Below the pieces are notes generated by a model. The model saw only the letters and a list, made by a program, of their open reading frames with translations. It was not told the origin of the DNA and did not search any database. A stretch of DNA of 62,621 bases, filler included, from Nemertoderma westbladi (taxonomy: Eukaryota > Animalia > Xenacoelomorpha): NCBI GenBank assembly GCA_032718475.1. It is 3 parts of 3 records of this genome, joined end to end, with 100 filler letters (N's around TTAATTAATTAA, not from the genome) between each part and the next. Parts side by side here need not be neighbours in the genome. Positions count along the whole stretch, not along the records: positions 1 to 30,320 come from JAUCBJ010005907.1; positions 30,421 to 51,157 come from JAUCBJ010002395.1; 1 more part is not named here. One strand, 5' to 3'. The position numbers and the translations under genes were made by a program. Of the stretch, positions 25,300 to 36,958 are shown one piece after another (position 1 is the first letter of the stretch; each line of letters opens with the position of its first letter).

Positions 25300-27192
25300 G
25301 GGTTCAACCCCCCGGTGACGTGCCTCCTCATTTTTTTCATTTATAAACAAAACCTTTATATTAATTACATCATTCATTACAGTTGAATTAACAGCTCAAA
25401 TCAAATTTATTTGACAGTATTTATTGGCATTGTCTTTAGAAGTGATTGTTCATCGTAAATATAACTTTATCTTGCCTCGAATAAGTTTCTCCCGGATCCC
25501 TTATGTACATAATTCGCTGATCGTCCCAAAGGAGTTTTCTTTTATTTTGCATCCTTGTTAATTTTGCAGATTTTACTGCAGCTGCACCCCAGTTGCAGCA
25601 ACCAGCTGCAACCTGGGTGTATCTCTCACAGTTGGCAAAATCATAATCAATCAGACTAACATACCGGACCACCGGTATTACCGGTACCTAATAGAGATCT
25701 CATTTGTACTTCACATTGTGGACGAGGTAGGCACTGCCCCTCAGGTTTAATGTCTGATCATCTATATTTATCGATATATAACGTCTCGATTACAGTAATA
25801 GCAACATAATCTACAGCAAATTGAATAAACACTAATATGTCTCAGATCATATATTCTTAATAGTTTATAGAAAGATGCTGATCACTCCAAAGCAAATATT
25901 TATTCCAATTATAAACCTCAAAACAATCACAACAATTTCATGTATTTTTATATACAGCATTTGAATAAATATATATCACAAGAAAACAATTAAGGTTAAT
26001 GCCAAATAAGGACAAATACAGCACTCATTACAATACAGTATGTTTTAGTAGTATACATTCAGTATCTTTAGTGACTGCACACCAAGCCAATATAATATGG
26101 TGGGATATGATAACAAATAGGTTCTTGGAATAATAATTAGTGACTATCTACATGGAAATAATGTGGAATTTTGTGTCTAAGAGGAATACTTGTCTTTTTA
26201 ACCAACCAACAAGGTACTATGCACGCGCATACATTTAGATTAAGTGCTACAAAAGCGATATCTGATCAAACGAGTAACCGTATAGTTTGTGCTAACAGTA
26301 CTTGCAGGTTCTGGTAACACAGCAACCAAGTTATTGGGGAGTATCTTTAAAATAATCTGGTGAAATTGATACAAAGTCACAATTTCTGAAAAATTTAGTT
26401 GTTAATTTATATTTTCAATTTTATTTTGGTTGAAATAATCGAGTTTTTCAAAGTTATGCCAATGCCATTATGCTTATTCCACACCATATGATTATGAATT
26501 ATTATGACAAATAATTTTTTACAACCTTATATTCAAGTGGATACAACCATTCCACAGAAATGCTTTCAGTTCAGGCGAATGACTAATCTATTTATTTAAC
26601 GGTTAATTTTTAATAAAAATTTTCTAATATTTTAAGCATATTAATTATTATTATCAATGTAATCAGAAAATCTATTTACTGAGAATTAGTATAAAATAAA
26701 TGTGTGATAGCCTTTCAAACAAATTGTCAGAAATATAATGGAATTATGTTACAAAATAATAACCGCATAAAAAATATCAATGTGGGCATAACATATTCTA
26801 TGGAGCTACCAGCTACCAGGCCTAGAGCTAAGATTATGCCTTTGCTATGCATACTCCTATGTACTCTACCGCAACGTTTTGGACCATACTCTGTGATAGC
26901 AGAGAATCCAGTAACATGCAAGTACACTTACTGATACAGGTTATTATTGAAAACTATCGATAGTCTACCAATGAGATATATCTAGACGTTTGCCTAGAAA
27001 TATACTACAATAATAAACTCTATTTTACTACCAAATATTCCAGTTATTTCTAAAGTTTCTCTGGATACAAAGTACCAGTTCTTTATTGATCTCAATCAGA
27101 GCACACGTCATTCGATATAGGTTTATAGGTTGGTGGGTAGCCTTTATTAGCATAGCATTCGAAAGTTATCTGATGCTGCCTCAACTGTCAGT

Positions 27193-28083
27193 CTAACAAA
27201 CAACTTCTTCACCGTTATTTCCTACTGAACTTCCATGGTTTTGTTTATTTTCCTTATTTTCATCCATTTCCTGATCATGTTTCTTCTCCTCGCCTGGCGC
27301 TTTACGGATGAATTTGTACCAGTAAACAGCACCCACCGCACAAGCAATAACAAGGATTGCAACAATGAAGCCACCAGCTAAAGCTCCTTTGTTTAGACCT
27401 TTGATGATATCTATAATGCCAAAACAGCCTGGAGGGCACTCATCATTTTCGCACAGGGAACCATCTTTTTTGCAAACACGACTGAAACTTATTCGGATCA
27501 CCTCGTGGGTGTTTGTGGTATTCGCATTCATTTCTGTCAACTCAAACTCTTTATGATTATTCATTATTGAACACTTGTAATAACCAGTGGTATCCTTTCC
27601 AGCTTTCTTTATTAATACTTCTAGGACATGAGCCTGACCATAAATACCTTCAATAGGGGATTTAATAGGTGAGTAATAAAATGATGAATACTCCTCAAAA
27701 TTTTCATGTAAGTCGGTAACAACTCTCTCATGGCCATCATCACCTACAGGGGAGTCAGTAGCTACTACATCCATGGTTGTGATGTTATTAATCTTGTCAA
27801 TAGAATCAGCAAAATACAACCTGGTTGATTTGCGCTCAGGATTTACGAACTGGCTGAAAGAAATACATCGGATTTTCCAATTGCCCTCATCTTCACTGTT
27901 GAATATCACATGTCTGCCTATTTCACCGTTCTCTCCCATCAGTGGCTCAACTAGAACTGGATCCGTGTCAATTATGCTAGGGGAGTATGCCATGTTATGC
28001 ATGTGGGGAATGTAGACTGTATATATATCGGTTGACACAACCAAATCAACGCATATCAAAACTAACAGTTTGAATAAAGCCAT
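27193..28083 (-). CDS. Single-pass type I membrane protein with an Ig-like ectodomain
   Basis: 296-aa ATG-initiated ORF with a hydrophobic signal peptide, a DTTGYYKC motif (Ig F-strand D-x-G-x-Y-x-C-like), a small Cys cluster, TM segment ALAGGFIVAILVIACAVGAVYWY, and a short charged tail. Confidence 0.7.
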   Translation of the reverse strand: MALFKLLVLICVDLVVSTDIYTVYIPHMHNMAYSPSIIDTDPVLVEPLMGENGEIGRHVIFNSEDEGNWKIRCISFSQFVNPERKSTRLYFADSIDKINNITTMDVVATDSPVGDDGHERVVTDLHENFEEYSSFYYSPIKSPIEGIYGQAHVLEVLIKKAGKDTTGYYKCSIMNNHKEFELTEMNANTTNTHEVIRISFSRVCKKDGSLCENDECPPGCFGIIDIIKGLNKGALAGGFIVAILVIACAVGAVYWYKFIRKAPGEEKKHDQEMDENKENKQNHGSSVGNNGEEVVC

Positions 28084-28617
28084 TTTGAACAGCTGATATA
28101 ATTAAGTGATAATAGATTGCAAACCCACAAAGTAAATAATATCTATGTTTAATTAATATATAAATTGGAACAAAGTGTTTAATACAACTTTAAATAACCC
28201 ATCATCTTTCAAAATCTATTAAGAAAATAATGAGAACAACAAAGAGAAATAACTATTTATATTGGAAAAGTTCACCATCCCAGGAATTACTTGCAACCTT
28301 CAAATGGATGGGAAGAGTGAATAATAAGTAATGCTAGGATATTAATTTATTGTTCGGCCTGCTTCACTGGATGCATCTTCAGTATCATGTTGCATGGCGA
28401 TCTGCTCTCATGATTGATTGTGGAAATTTATTTTATCTATATTTCTAGAATTTTCTAGCTAAACCAAGTTGCGGATCAAAGTTTCTGTTGCGAGGTGGCC
28501 TGTTAAACGTTTCTGCAAATTAATGCGGAGTCCGACTTGAGATATTCCATTATATAATTCTAGAATAATCGAACATAACGTTTGGGAGATTAGACTGGCG
28601 TTTAGTCGTGAATCCCT

Positions 28618-28800
28618 TGTGGGGCGAGCCACGAAGTGAGTGAGCCTTAGCGTAGTGGTACCATTAATCAACCTGTCGTTCTGTCGTTCTGTCGTTCTGT
28701 CGTGTTCAATTTTAAACGTTAATAACTCGGCCAATCTTTGATGAAATCTATCCAAACTTGGTACACATGTTGTTTGGCAAAAGTTTAGAAATTTTCCAAG
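28618..28800. mobile_element. Helentron/DINE-like non-autonomous fragment
   Basis: GGGCGAGCCACGAAGTGAGTGAGCC terminal motif, a (CTGTCGTT)n microsatellite, then AAACTTGGTACACAT. The terminal motif recurs inverted at ~1070-1352. Confidence 0.5.
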
Positions 28801-29659
28801 TAGAATTTCAGTGTGGCCTTCGAGAAGCTAAGATAATAGCAGTTAATTAGTTAATTAAGTTATTACGGTAAAAACACCATTTTCAACCTGCCTTTTAAAG
28901 GAAATTAATTGTTTTACAGTATAAGATTTAACTAATTATAATTAAAAATTATACAGATGTAATCCCCATACGCCATTCTATTATAGTTTTTAATTAGTTC
29001 AAGTGATTTGCTTTAATAATTGTGTCTTTAATTGATCTAAAGTAATTAAAACGGCAAAAAAAATTTATTCTCATTAAATACTGCTCATTTATTGGCCAAC
29101 ATGCTGGTACATAGATGGGATGTGTGTGTCATTCCCAGTTGCTGGGAATGATTATTGGTCAAGTCTCTGCTGCTGGCTGGGAGTTGTTGCTAAGACTAAC
29201 CAGAGAGGAATAGTAATAGACAACCAGTATTGCTATTCCAGCCCAGACAGCATTCTTTAAATTCACTATAAATGTTGTATTGCTATCTCAGGTGAATGAC
29301 AGATATCATAACATAAATACTATCCATGGCATGGCTGTTGTGTAGGCTTCTGAAATAGTTTATTCCACAATGTATATGTCTGGTTATTTTTTAATTGAAT
29401 TTTTGCAAAGTAGTAAAATTAATGTTCTTAAAAATAATATTATTATTTTATATGTAACCTAGGAAATTAGCTACATTTTTTCGCTGCAGCTTTAAGAGTG
29501 TACATTAATTTAATATTATTTCAATACCCATATTACTACATCGGCATAAGATGCGTTGGCGTTGTATCACACATCTCCACATATCACACATATCCACATA
29601 GATGTATCAACAGTTACTCGCACAGTTTCGAAACTTCGCATAGTTATAACTGTATAAAG

Positions 29660-29950
29660 ATCGTCAGTCTGCGTTTAGGAAAAATATTTTATAACAAAAC
29701 AGGACAAGCGACGAGCGCAACGAGGCATATAATGAAGACGAGTACTGCGTTGACTAAATTATTATATAAACCACCTGGCTTCACATATTGATCGCATCCC
29801 TAGTTATTATTATTATAAAGAACGTCCTAGCCTGCGTTTAAGAAATATATTTAAATACAGAACAGGACGAACGCAACGAGGCTTATAATGAATACGAGTA
29901 CTGCGTTTATTATATTCCTATAAACCACCTGGCTTTGCATATTGAACGTG
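29660..29950. repeat. Tandem duplication of a ~160-bp unit
   Basis: GCAACGAGGC..ATAATGAA.ACGAGTACTGCGTT...TATAAACCACCTGGCTT occurs twice. Confidence 0.75.
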
Positions 29951-30320
29951 CGATTGGAAATAAGTTCGTGCTACCCTTCCGTGGGTGGTAGATGTCGCGG
30001 TTATGTATTGGTGGTTGGGAAGGGTGGGGGGGGGGGGGGGGGGGGGATTAAAAGGGGTGAACACGTACTGTCCCCCTTTCTTTGATTGATTGGTGGTGTG
30101 GGTAAATTTCTCAAAACCTGATTTTGTGATACAGTCGCTCAATTTTAATTTGTATCTCATAACTGGGCCTCGTTGTGCGCGAAGGCCCCACGAACGTGTA
30201 ATAGCTGCAAGTAGGAAGGTTCAATTTGGTAAAGATGGAATGTTTACTATCCAGAAATGTTGCCACTTTTCACTTTTTTGTGGTCAGATCAAAGCAAAGC
30301 AAAAAAGCAGCAAAGCAAAC

Positions 30321-30420
30321 NNNNNNNNNNNNNNNNNNNNNNNNNNNNNNNNNNNNNNNNNNNNTTAATTAATTAANNNNNNNNNNNNNNNNNNNNNNNN
30401 NNNNNNNNNNNNNNNNNNNN
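30321..30420. other. Assembly gap with artificial six-frame-stop linker
   Basis: N-run, TTAATTAATTAA, N-run; the same construct occurs at 51158-51257. Confidence 0.95.
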
Positions 30421-32028
30421 CTGCGGCTAGTGAGACCTAAGTATACAACCCCTGGGCCAAGGCTTAAGACGGCAGTGCGGCTGCGGCTAGTGAGACCTAA
30501 GTATACAACCCCTGGGCCCTGGCTTAAGGCGGCAGTGCGGCTGCGGCTAGTGAGACCTAAGTATACAACCCCTGGGCCAAGGCTTAAGACGGCAGTGCGG
30601 CTGCGGTTAGTGAGACCTAAGTATACAACCCCTGGGCCAAGGCTTAAGACGGCAGTGCGGCTGCGGCTAGTGAGACCTAAGTATACAACCCCTGGGCCAA
30701 GGCTTAAGACGGCAGTGCGGCTGCGGCTAGTGAGACCTAAGTATACAACCCCTGGGCCCTGGCTTAAGACGGCAGTGCGGCTGCGGCTAGTGAGACCTAA
30801 ATATACAACCCCTGGGCCAAGGCTTAAGACGGCAGTGCGGCTGCGGCTAGTGAGACATAAGTATACAACCCCTGGGCCAAGGCTTAAGACGGCAGTGCGG
30901 TTGCGGCTAGTGAGACCTAAGTATACAACCCCTGGGCCCTGGCTTAAGACGGCAGTGCGGCTGCGGCTAGTGAGACCTAAGTATACAACCCCTGGGCCCT
31001 GGCTTAAGACGGCAGTGCGGCTGCGGCTAGTGAGACCTAAGTATACAACCCCTGGGCCCTGGCTTAAGACGGCAGTGCGGCTGCGGCTAGTGAGACCTAA
31101 GTATACAACCCCTGGGCCAAGGCTTAAGACGGCAGTGCGGCTGCGGCTAGTGAGACCTAAGTATAAAACCCCTGGGCCAAGGCTTAAGACGGCAGTGCGG
31201 CTGCGGCTAGTGAGACCTAAGTATACAACCCCTGGGCCCTGGCTTAAGGCGGCAGTGCGGCTGCGGCTAGTGAGACCTAAGTATACAACCGCTGGGCCAA
31301 GGCTTAAGACGGCAGTGCGGCTGCGGTTAGTGAGACCTAAGTATACAACCCCTGGGCCCTGGCTTAAGACGGCAGTGCGGCTGCGGCTAGTGAGACCTAA
31401 GTATACAACCCCTGGGCCAAGGCTTAAGACGGCAGTGCGGCTGCGGCTAGTGAGACCTAAGTATACAACCCCTGGGCCCTGGATTAAGACGGCAGTGCGG
31501 CTGCGGCTAGTGAGACCTAAGTATACAACCCCTGGGCCCTGGCTTAAGACGGCAGTGCGGCTGCGGCTAGTGAGACCTAACTATACAACCCCTGGGCCCT
31601 GGCTTAAGACGGCAGTGCGGCTGCGGCTAGTGAGACCTAAGTATACAACCCCTGGGCCCTGGATTAAGACGGCAGTGCGGCTGCGGCTAGTGAGACCTAA
31701 GTATACAACCCCTGGGCCCTGGCCTAAGACGGCAGTGCGGCTGCGGCTAGTGAGACCTAAGTATACAACCCCTGGGCCAAGGCTTAAGACGGCAGTGCGG
31801 CTGCGGCTAGTGAGACCTAAGTATACAACCCCTGGGCCCTGGCTTAAGACGGCAGTGCGGCTGCGGCTAGTGAGACCTAAGTATACAACCCCTGGGCCCT
31901 GGCCTAAGACGGCAGTGCGGCTGCGGCTAGTGAGACCTAAGTATACAACCCCTGGGCCCTGGCTTAAGACGGCAGTGCGGCTGCGGCTAGTGAGACCTAA
32001 GTATACAACCCCTGAGCCATGGCTTAAG
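30421..32028. repeat. 60-bp tandem satellite, ~27 near-identical copies, open at the gap
   Basis: Unit CTGCGGCTAGTGAGACCTAAGTATACAACCCCTGGGCC(AA/CT)GGCTTAAGACGGCAGTGCGG. Confidence 0.98.
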
Positions 32029-32871
32029 AAATGTTGATTTCGAGGACATAGTGTACGTAATGTATATATAATTATAAGAAAAATGGTAAGCCTAATTAAT
32101 GAAAAAAAAACGCAATCAAAATTAAATAGAACCATTCCTAAATATTTCGAAAAATCAAGCAATATTGCACTACAAGTACTAAAATACATGCTTGTGGGTC
32201 TCATGGAATCTAACTGATAACTTCCCTTGAAAACATCGTATTATTTATACCTTAATTTAAACCTAAAAATTACCTATACATTTCCACCGGCGTGAATCAA
32301 ACACGATTTTCGGTATATAATCGTTCTGATCTGCTGAGGGGCTGTTTAAATATTACTTAACGCCACTTTATGACTCCAAAATAAATTGTACAGCTACGAA
32401 GGTTTTAATTGAAATGAAACTACATTCACACAAATATAGCTAGGGGGCTATTTAACGAAATCAAAATACATCCGCCTCCATGGGAAAATCGACGCAAATA
32501 ACAGCCAATTACTCCCAAAAATAAACAGTAACCTGAGCGATTGACTCTCCTTTTTTTATTGTAATGGTTAAAATAACATGCCACAACAACTGCCCCTTTC
32601 CCTTAATTGATAATTAGCCACGACGAGATATTATTTGCGGCAACTCACATTTACTTACGGTATCCAACAATTGCATGAAGAATGCTGGTGATAAAATGAT
32701 TGAGGTTATCAGATGTTGAGTCCTACTGATGAACAAGGATAAAGATAAATGTTAACGTTAGGTATAATAATAATAAATTACGGAAAAAAAATAAAATTTT
32801 GAGAAAATTCGAAACTACAAAAAACCACGATATACGAAAAAAAAAAAATTTGCTATGGAAATTTACTGCGC

Positions 32872-33310
32872 TATGGGGAAAAATGTAAAAAATGAAAGAT
32901 AAACAGTTAATAATAAAATTAGAACTAAGATTGGATACGAAAGGTATGGGGAAAAATGTAAAAAATGAAAGATAAACAGTTAATAATAAAATTAGAACTA
33001 AGATTGGATACGAAAGGTATGGGGAAAAATGTAAAAAATGAAAGATAAACAGTTAATAATAAAATTAGAACTAAGATTGGATACGAAAGGTATGGGGAAA
33101 AATGTAAAAAATGAAAGATAAACAGTTAATAATAAAATTAGAACTAAGATTGGATACGAAAGGTATGGGGAAAAATGTAAAAAATGAAAGATAAACAGTT
33201 AATAATAAAATTAGAACTAAGATTGGATACGAAAGGTATGGGGAAAAATGTAAAAAATGAAAGATAAACAGTTAATAATAAAATTAGAACTAAGATTGGA
33301 TACGAAAGGT
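32872..33310. repeat. 73-bp tandem repeat, 6 copies
   Basis: Unit TATGGGGAAAAATGTAAAAAATGAAAGATAAACAGTTAATAATAAAATTAGAACTAAGATTGGATACGAAAGG; copies look identical by eye. Confidence 0.95.
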
Positions 33311-33544
33311 AATTTGGTTGGATACGATTTTGTATCGTACGCATCCTGTTCCTATATATAGTATAAGGTCAAGCTTCAGGTACAGGTACCAAGTCACATT
33401 TTATAAACCAGTACCGGTACGGTATATAAATTGTAATACACTAGGGATTATTTTTTTGCGCCCCGTATCTGCGATATGTCAGGAGTGTACTATTTAAAGT
33501 GCTATCCATATAATCACCGTGCTGCTCGTGGTACATTGCAGATT

Positions 33545-33660
33545 GCATTAAGAATGACATTCCTGCTAATCGACAAAATTGCGCCGCCACAACTCCCTAT
33601 CCCCACACATCGTCAATTATTTAAGGGGCGTCTGAAGGAAGCCATGGTCTGGCCATGGTT
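33545..33660 (-). mobile_element. RTE-like LINE 3' fragment, copy 4 (internally deleted)
   Basis: GACAAAATTGCGCCGCCACAACTCCCTATC is shared with the other copies. Confidence 0.5.
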
Positions 33661-35851
33661 TGTCCGTGTTCACCATTGTGTTAGAGATGTGTGCAATATA
33701 CTCAGGGAAACTATGAACTGACTGGGGTTAAAATTATATAGTGTATGTGCCATCCAGAGATTTGGTGTGGTTGCTAACATTCATGTCAGGCCTACTAACG
33801 ACTCCACCGCTAAACATTAACTTTTATGTCGGACACGGCGAATAACAACAAAATCTACTTATGTTCTCGAGTTTTAAGGGTATAATCCACGAATTTACGC
33901 ACTTGCCACTTTTAATATATGAATATCACAATTTTTACTTATTTCTCCATTTAATACTTACATCAATGACAACATGTTTTAATAAATGAAATTAATATTC
34001 GAAAAAAATTGATATTATTAGGCAGTCGCGGCGTTGACCCTTAGAACAAAAAGGTTATCATTTAGTATATACCTTTTGTGAGGATTTAAAGCGGTACTAA
34101 TTTAAACTGGTATTATTATAATACTATAAACAGTGGGCCTATGCTATGCACCACAATGAAATGTGAAATGATAATGAATTACTGCTGTGCTACAGTAACC
34201 ATTTTCTTCGAAAATTGAAACCAGCAACCAGGTAATTTTGGCGCAGACAAGTAATGGAAAATTTCTGGAAATCATAAAAATGAATAGCTTTAAACATTAT
34301 GTTTAAAAGTTAAATAAAATAAAACAGATACATTATAGCTTAGAACGTCAGATAGTCCCATGAACAAGATGAAAATATATATAATTTATATTTTTTAACG
34401 CATTTTTTTCACCTTTATAATTAAATATGTAGTGTATATATCAGTCCACTACCTACCAGTGATACTTTACATCACCAATTCCACCACATTTGCTAAAGGG
34501 TTGAATAAATGTCACAATATTTTTAACGGTTGACAAAAAACGTTGTTTCTACTTTTCCTGGAATTACCGGCGAAAAGTATGAACTTATATAAATTAAAAT
34601 AAGAGTAATTTATGTATCGATTTAAAGGTGTTTATTCCTATTGAATGTAGAAACTTATCACTACGGTAGGCTAGGTATTTAGGCATCATGTGTCATATTG
34701 TGGGGCCTTCAATCACGCACAGTTCTGTGAATTTAGCAAACAGTTTAGGCCTAATAGTAGCGGATCGGTAAGGTCCGTATCTATCTAGGCACTGTCAAGT
34801 GTGAAATATTTGATCGTGATTGCGAAGGCGCATTTGAGTGAAATTTCAGACAGAAATATTCTCTACAATGTCAAACCAAATTCAAATTAATTTGACTGAG
34901 CCGTTTAACTGCGATATTGACGTTCAGACATTACAACCGCACAGACATACAGTTAATGCCCATTATGACCCTTCATAAACCGTATGCTACTTTGTGGCTC
35001 GCTCCTAACCTCTAGACCACCTTAAATCGATACTTTGGTGCAGTCAGTGATTAATTTATCCAGATGACAAGTATATATATAATATAAAATATATATACCG
35101 GTAATATCTTAGTATCAATTATACATTGCCCTAATATTAACCGGGTTTTAAAAAGTATATATATTAGGATTGTGTTTGTGTGTGGAATAGGACCGTGTGT
35201 GTTGGTTGCTACGGTGTAAACATTGAGATGAATAATTTATAAGCAAATCGTTATACATAAGTATCACAAATGCGTCTCTAACATGTTGTAACTTTATAAA
35301 GGGATTGAAAAAAGTAAAGAAACGCAAACTTTACCTCAAATGATGAAAACATTTTTTAAACCATTGCAATAACAAACCTCAAATTGTTGTTGAAATAAGA
35401 GAAGATAAACTTTAAACTTACCATCCACGTAAAATAATGAACAAAGAACATTATTAGTCCACAGCAAATCTTCAGACAGTTAAACACCATACTAAGTAAA
35501 ACAACGAGTAAATAATTAATATATATATATATAAGAGACAGAAATACAGAGAAAGTTAATAAAACTCACAATGAGTCCACAGTAGGTGTCCAAATCCATT
35601 AGAATGACGGAGTTACTGAATTACAATTAATCAAACCTGCCACTCATTGGATCCGCATTGGCTAATTGATCTAAGAGTTCACCATGGAGAATGTTGGTGG
35701 GGTCATTTTAAATAAGGAAAATAACTCACCAATCGTTTCAGGTCACTATTTTTATAAATATAACTTATCCAGTGAAATGTTTTATATAAGTTTAGGATTG
35801 AATTCACTCACCACATAATTGCAACTTACATGGAGTGACGACTTTATCCAA

Positions 35852-36958
35852 TCACATCATCCCCTGCATAAACCCTCGTCCCATTCCTGGATGCCAAGTC
35901 CCAGGCATCGCTGATCCCCCCATCCCAGACATCCCTCCCCCCATCCCAGACATCCCTGCGCCCATCCCGGACATCCCTGCCCCTATCCCGGACATTCCTC
36001 GCCCCATCCCGGACATCCCTCCCCCCATCCCGGACATCCCTGCCCCCATCCCGGACATCCCTGCCCCCATCCCAGACATCCCACCCCTCTGCCCTCCCGG
36101 GAACGCCGCCCCAAGCACCCCCTGCTGACCTATCATCCCGCGTCCCGGTTGCTGTGGCAACGAGTTACCAGCCGAGTACCGCGGCATGGCGGCGCGTTTC
36201 TCCTCCAGCGAAACATCCTCCTCGGGATGAACCATCCGGGTTGAAGAACTTGAGGAATCCGTTACGGAGGAGGAAGCAGGTTTAATCGGACCGATCTGGG
36301 GCGTCGGTTGGTCACTGGTGACTGCAGCCGCGCTCGGGAACAAAGGTTTAGCGGGTTCCTGAAGAGTCGGTACGCTGGGGGACGAGCTAGAGGGATCCGT
36401 TCGCTTGGGGGGCGCGGTGGGGGGCGGAGGGGGGATCCGAGGGGGCATCATACCCGGCCAACCCATCCCCATGGGCCCCATCATCCCTCCCATCGGTCCC
36501 ATCATTCCAGGCATCATCCCCGGCACCATCCCCGGGAACCCCATCATCGGCCCCCCTGGACCCATCATCATCCCAGGGGGAAATGCCCCCCCAGGGGGTC
36601 CGCTCATCCCCTCCCCTGCGTCGTCCTCGTCGCTGCTGTCGTTACGTTTCTTTTTATCCCCAGAGTATTTCTGTAAGCGATGAGCTTCAGCATCGGCGGC
36701 TGGAATCCCTTCCATTCCGTAAATCTCGCAGTCGAGACTGTCTCTACCCTGCATAGAGTTGGGTATCTTCTCCACGTGTTCTTTGTGCACCTGCATACAG
36801 TGAATTGATAGTCCCGGACCGGTGTACAACTTTTTGTGACAAACGTGGCATTTGAAATGTTTTGCTCTTTGATGTTGGATTAGAACTTTCTCGTCCTCAA
36901 ATTCCCGATCGCAGTACCAACACCATGGCTTCAATTGTTTCCTCTTTTTTCTTCCCAT
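35852..36958 (-). CDS. ZNF207: BUB3-interacting GLEBS-motif zinc finger protein (BuGZ)
   Basis: N-terminus [69 protein letters not shown], a Pro/Met/Gly-rich middle, and the GLEBS motif [13 protein letters not shown]. Single uninterrupted 368-aa ORF. Confidence 0.96.
   Translation of the reverse strand: MGRKKRKQLKPWCWYCDREFEDEKVLIQHQRAKHFKCHVCHKKLYTGPGLSIHCMQVHKEHVEKIPNSMQGRDSLDCEIYGMEGIPAADAEAHRLQKYSGDKKKRNDSSDEDDAGEGMSGPPGGAFPPGMMMGPGGPMMGFPGMVPGMMPGMMGPMGGMMGPMGMGWPGMMPPRIPPPPPTAPPKRTDPSSSSPSVPTLQEPAKPLFPSAAAVTSDQPTPQIGPIKPASSSVTDSSSSSTRMVHPEEDVSLEEKRAAMPRYSAGNSLPQQPGRGMIGQQGVLGAAFPGGQRGGMSGMGAGMSGMGAGMSGMGGGMSGMGRGMSGIGAGMSGMGAGMSGMGGGMSGMGGSAMPGTWHPGMGRGFMQGMM

Noticed and set aside
30365-30376. 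TTAATTAATTAA palindrome, and the LIN* ending of ORF 51202..52167
   Set aside because: Artificial linker embedded in Ns at both gaps; not biological.
30430-32037. 535-aa repeat ORF, and possible CRISPR-like array
   Set aside because: A by-product of a 60-bp unit lacking stops in one frame. It starts at GTG beside a gap, and the units are contiguous with no unique spacers.
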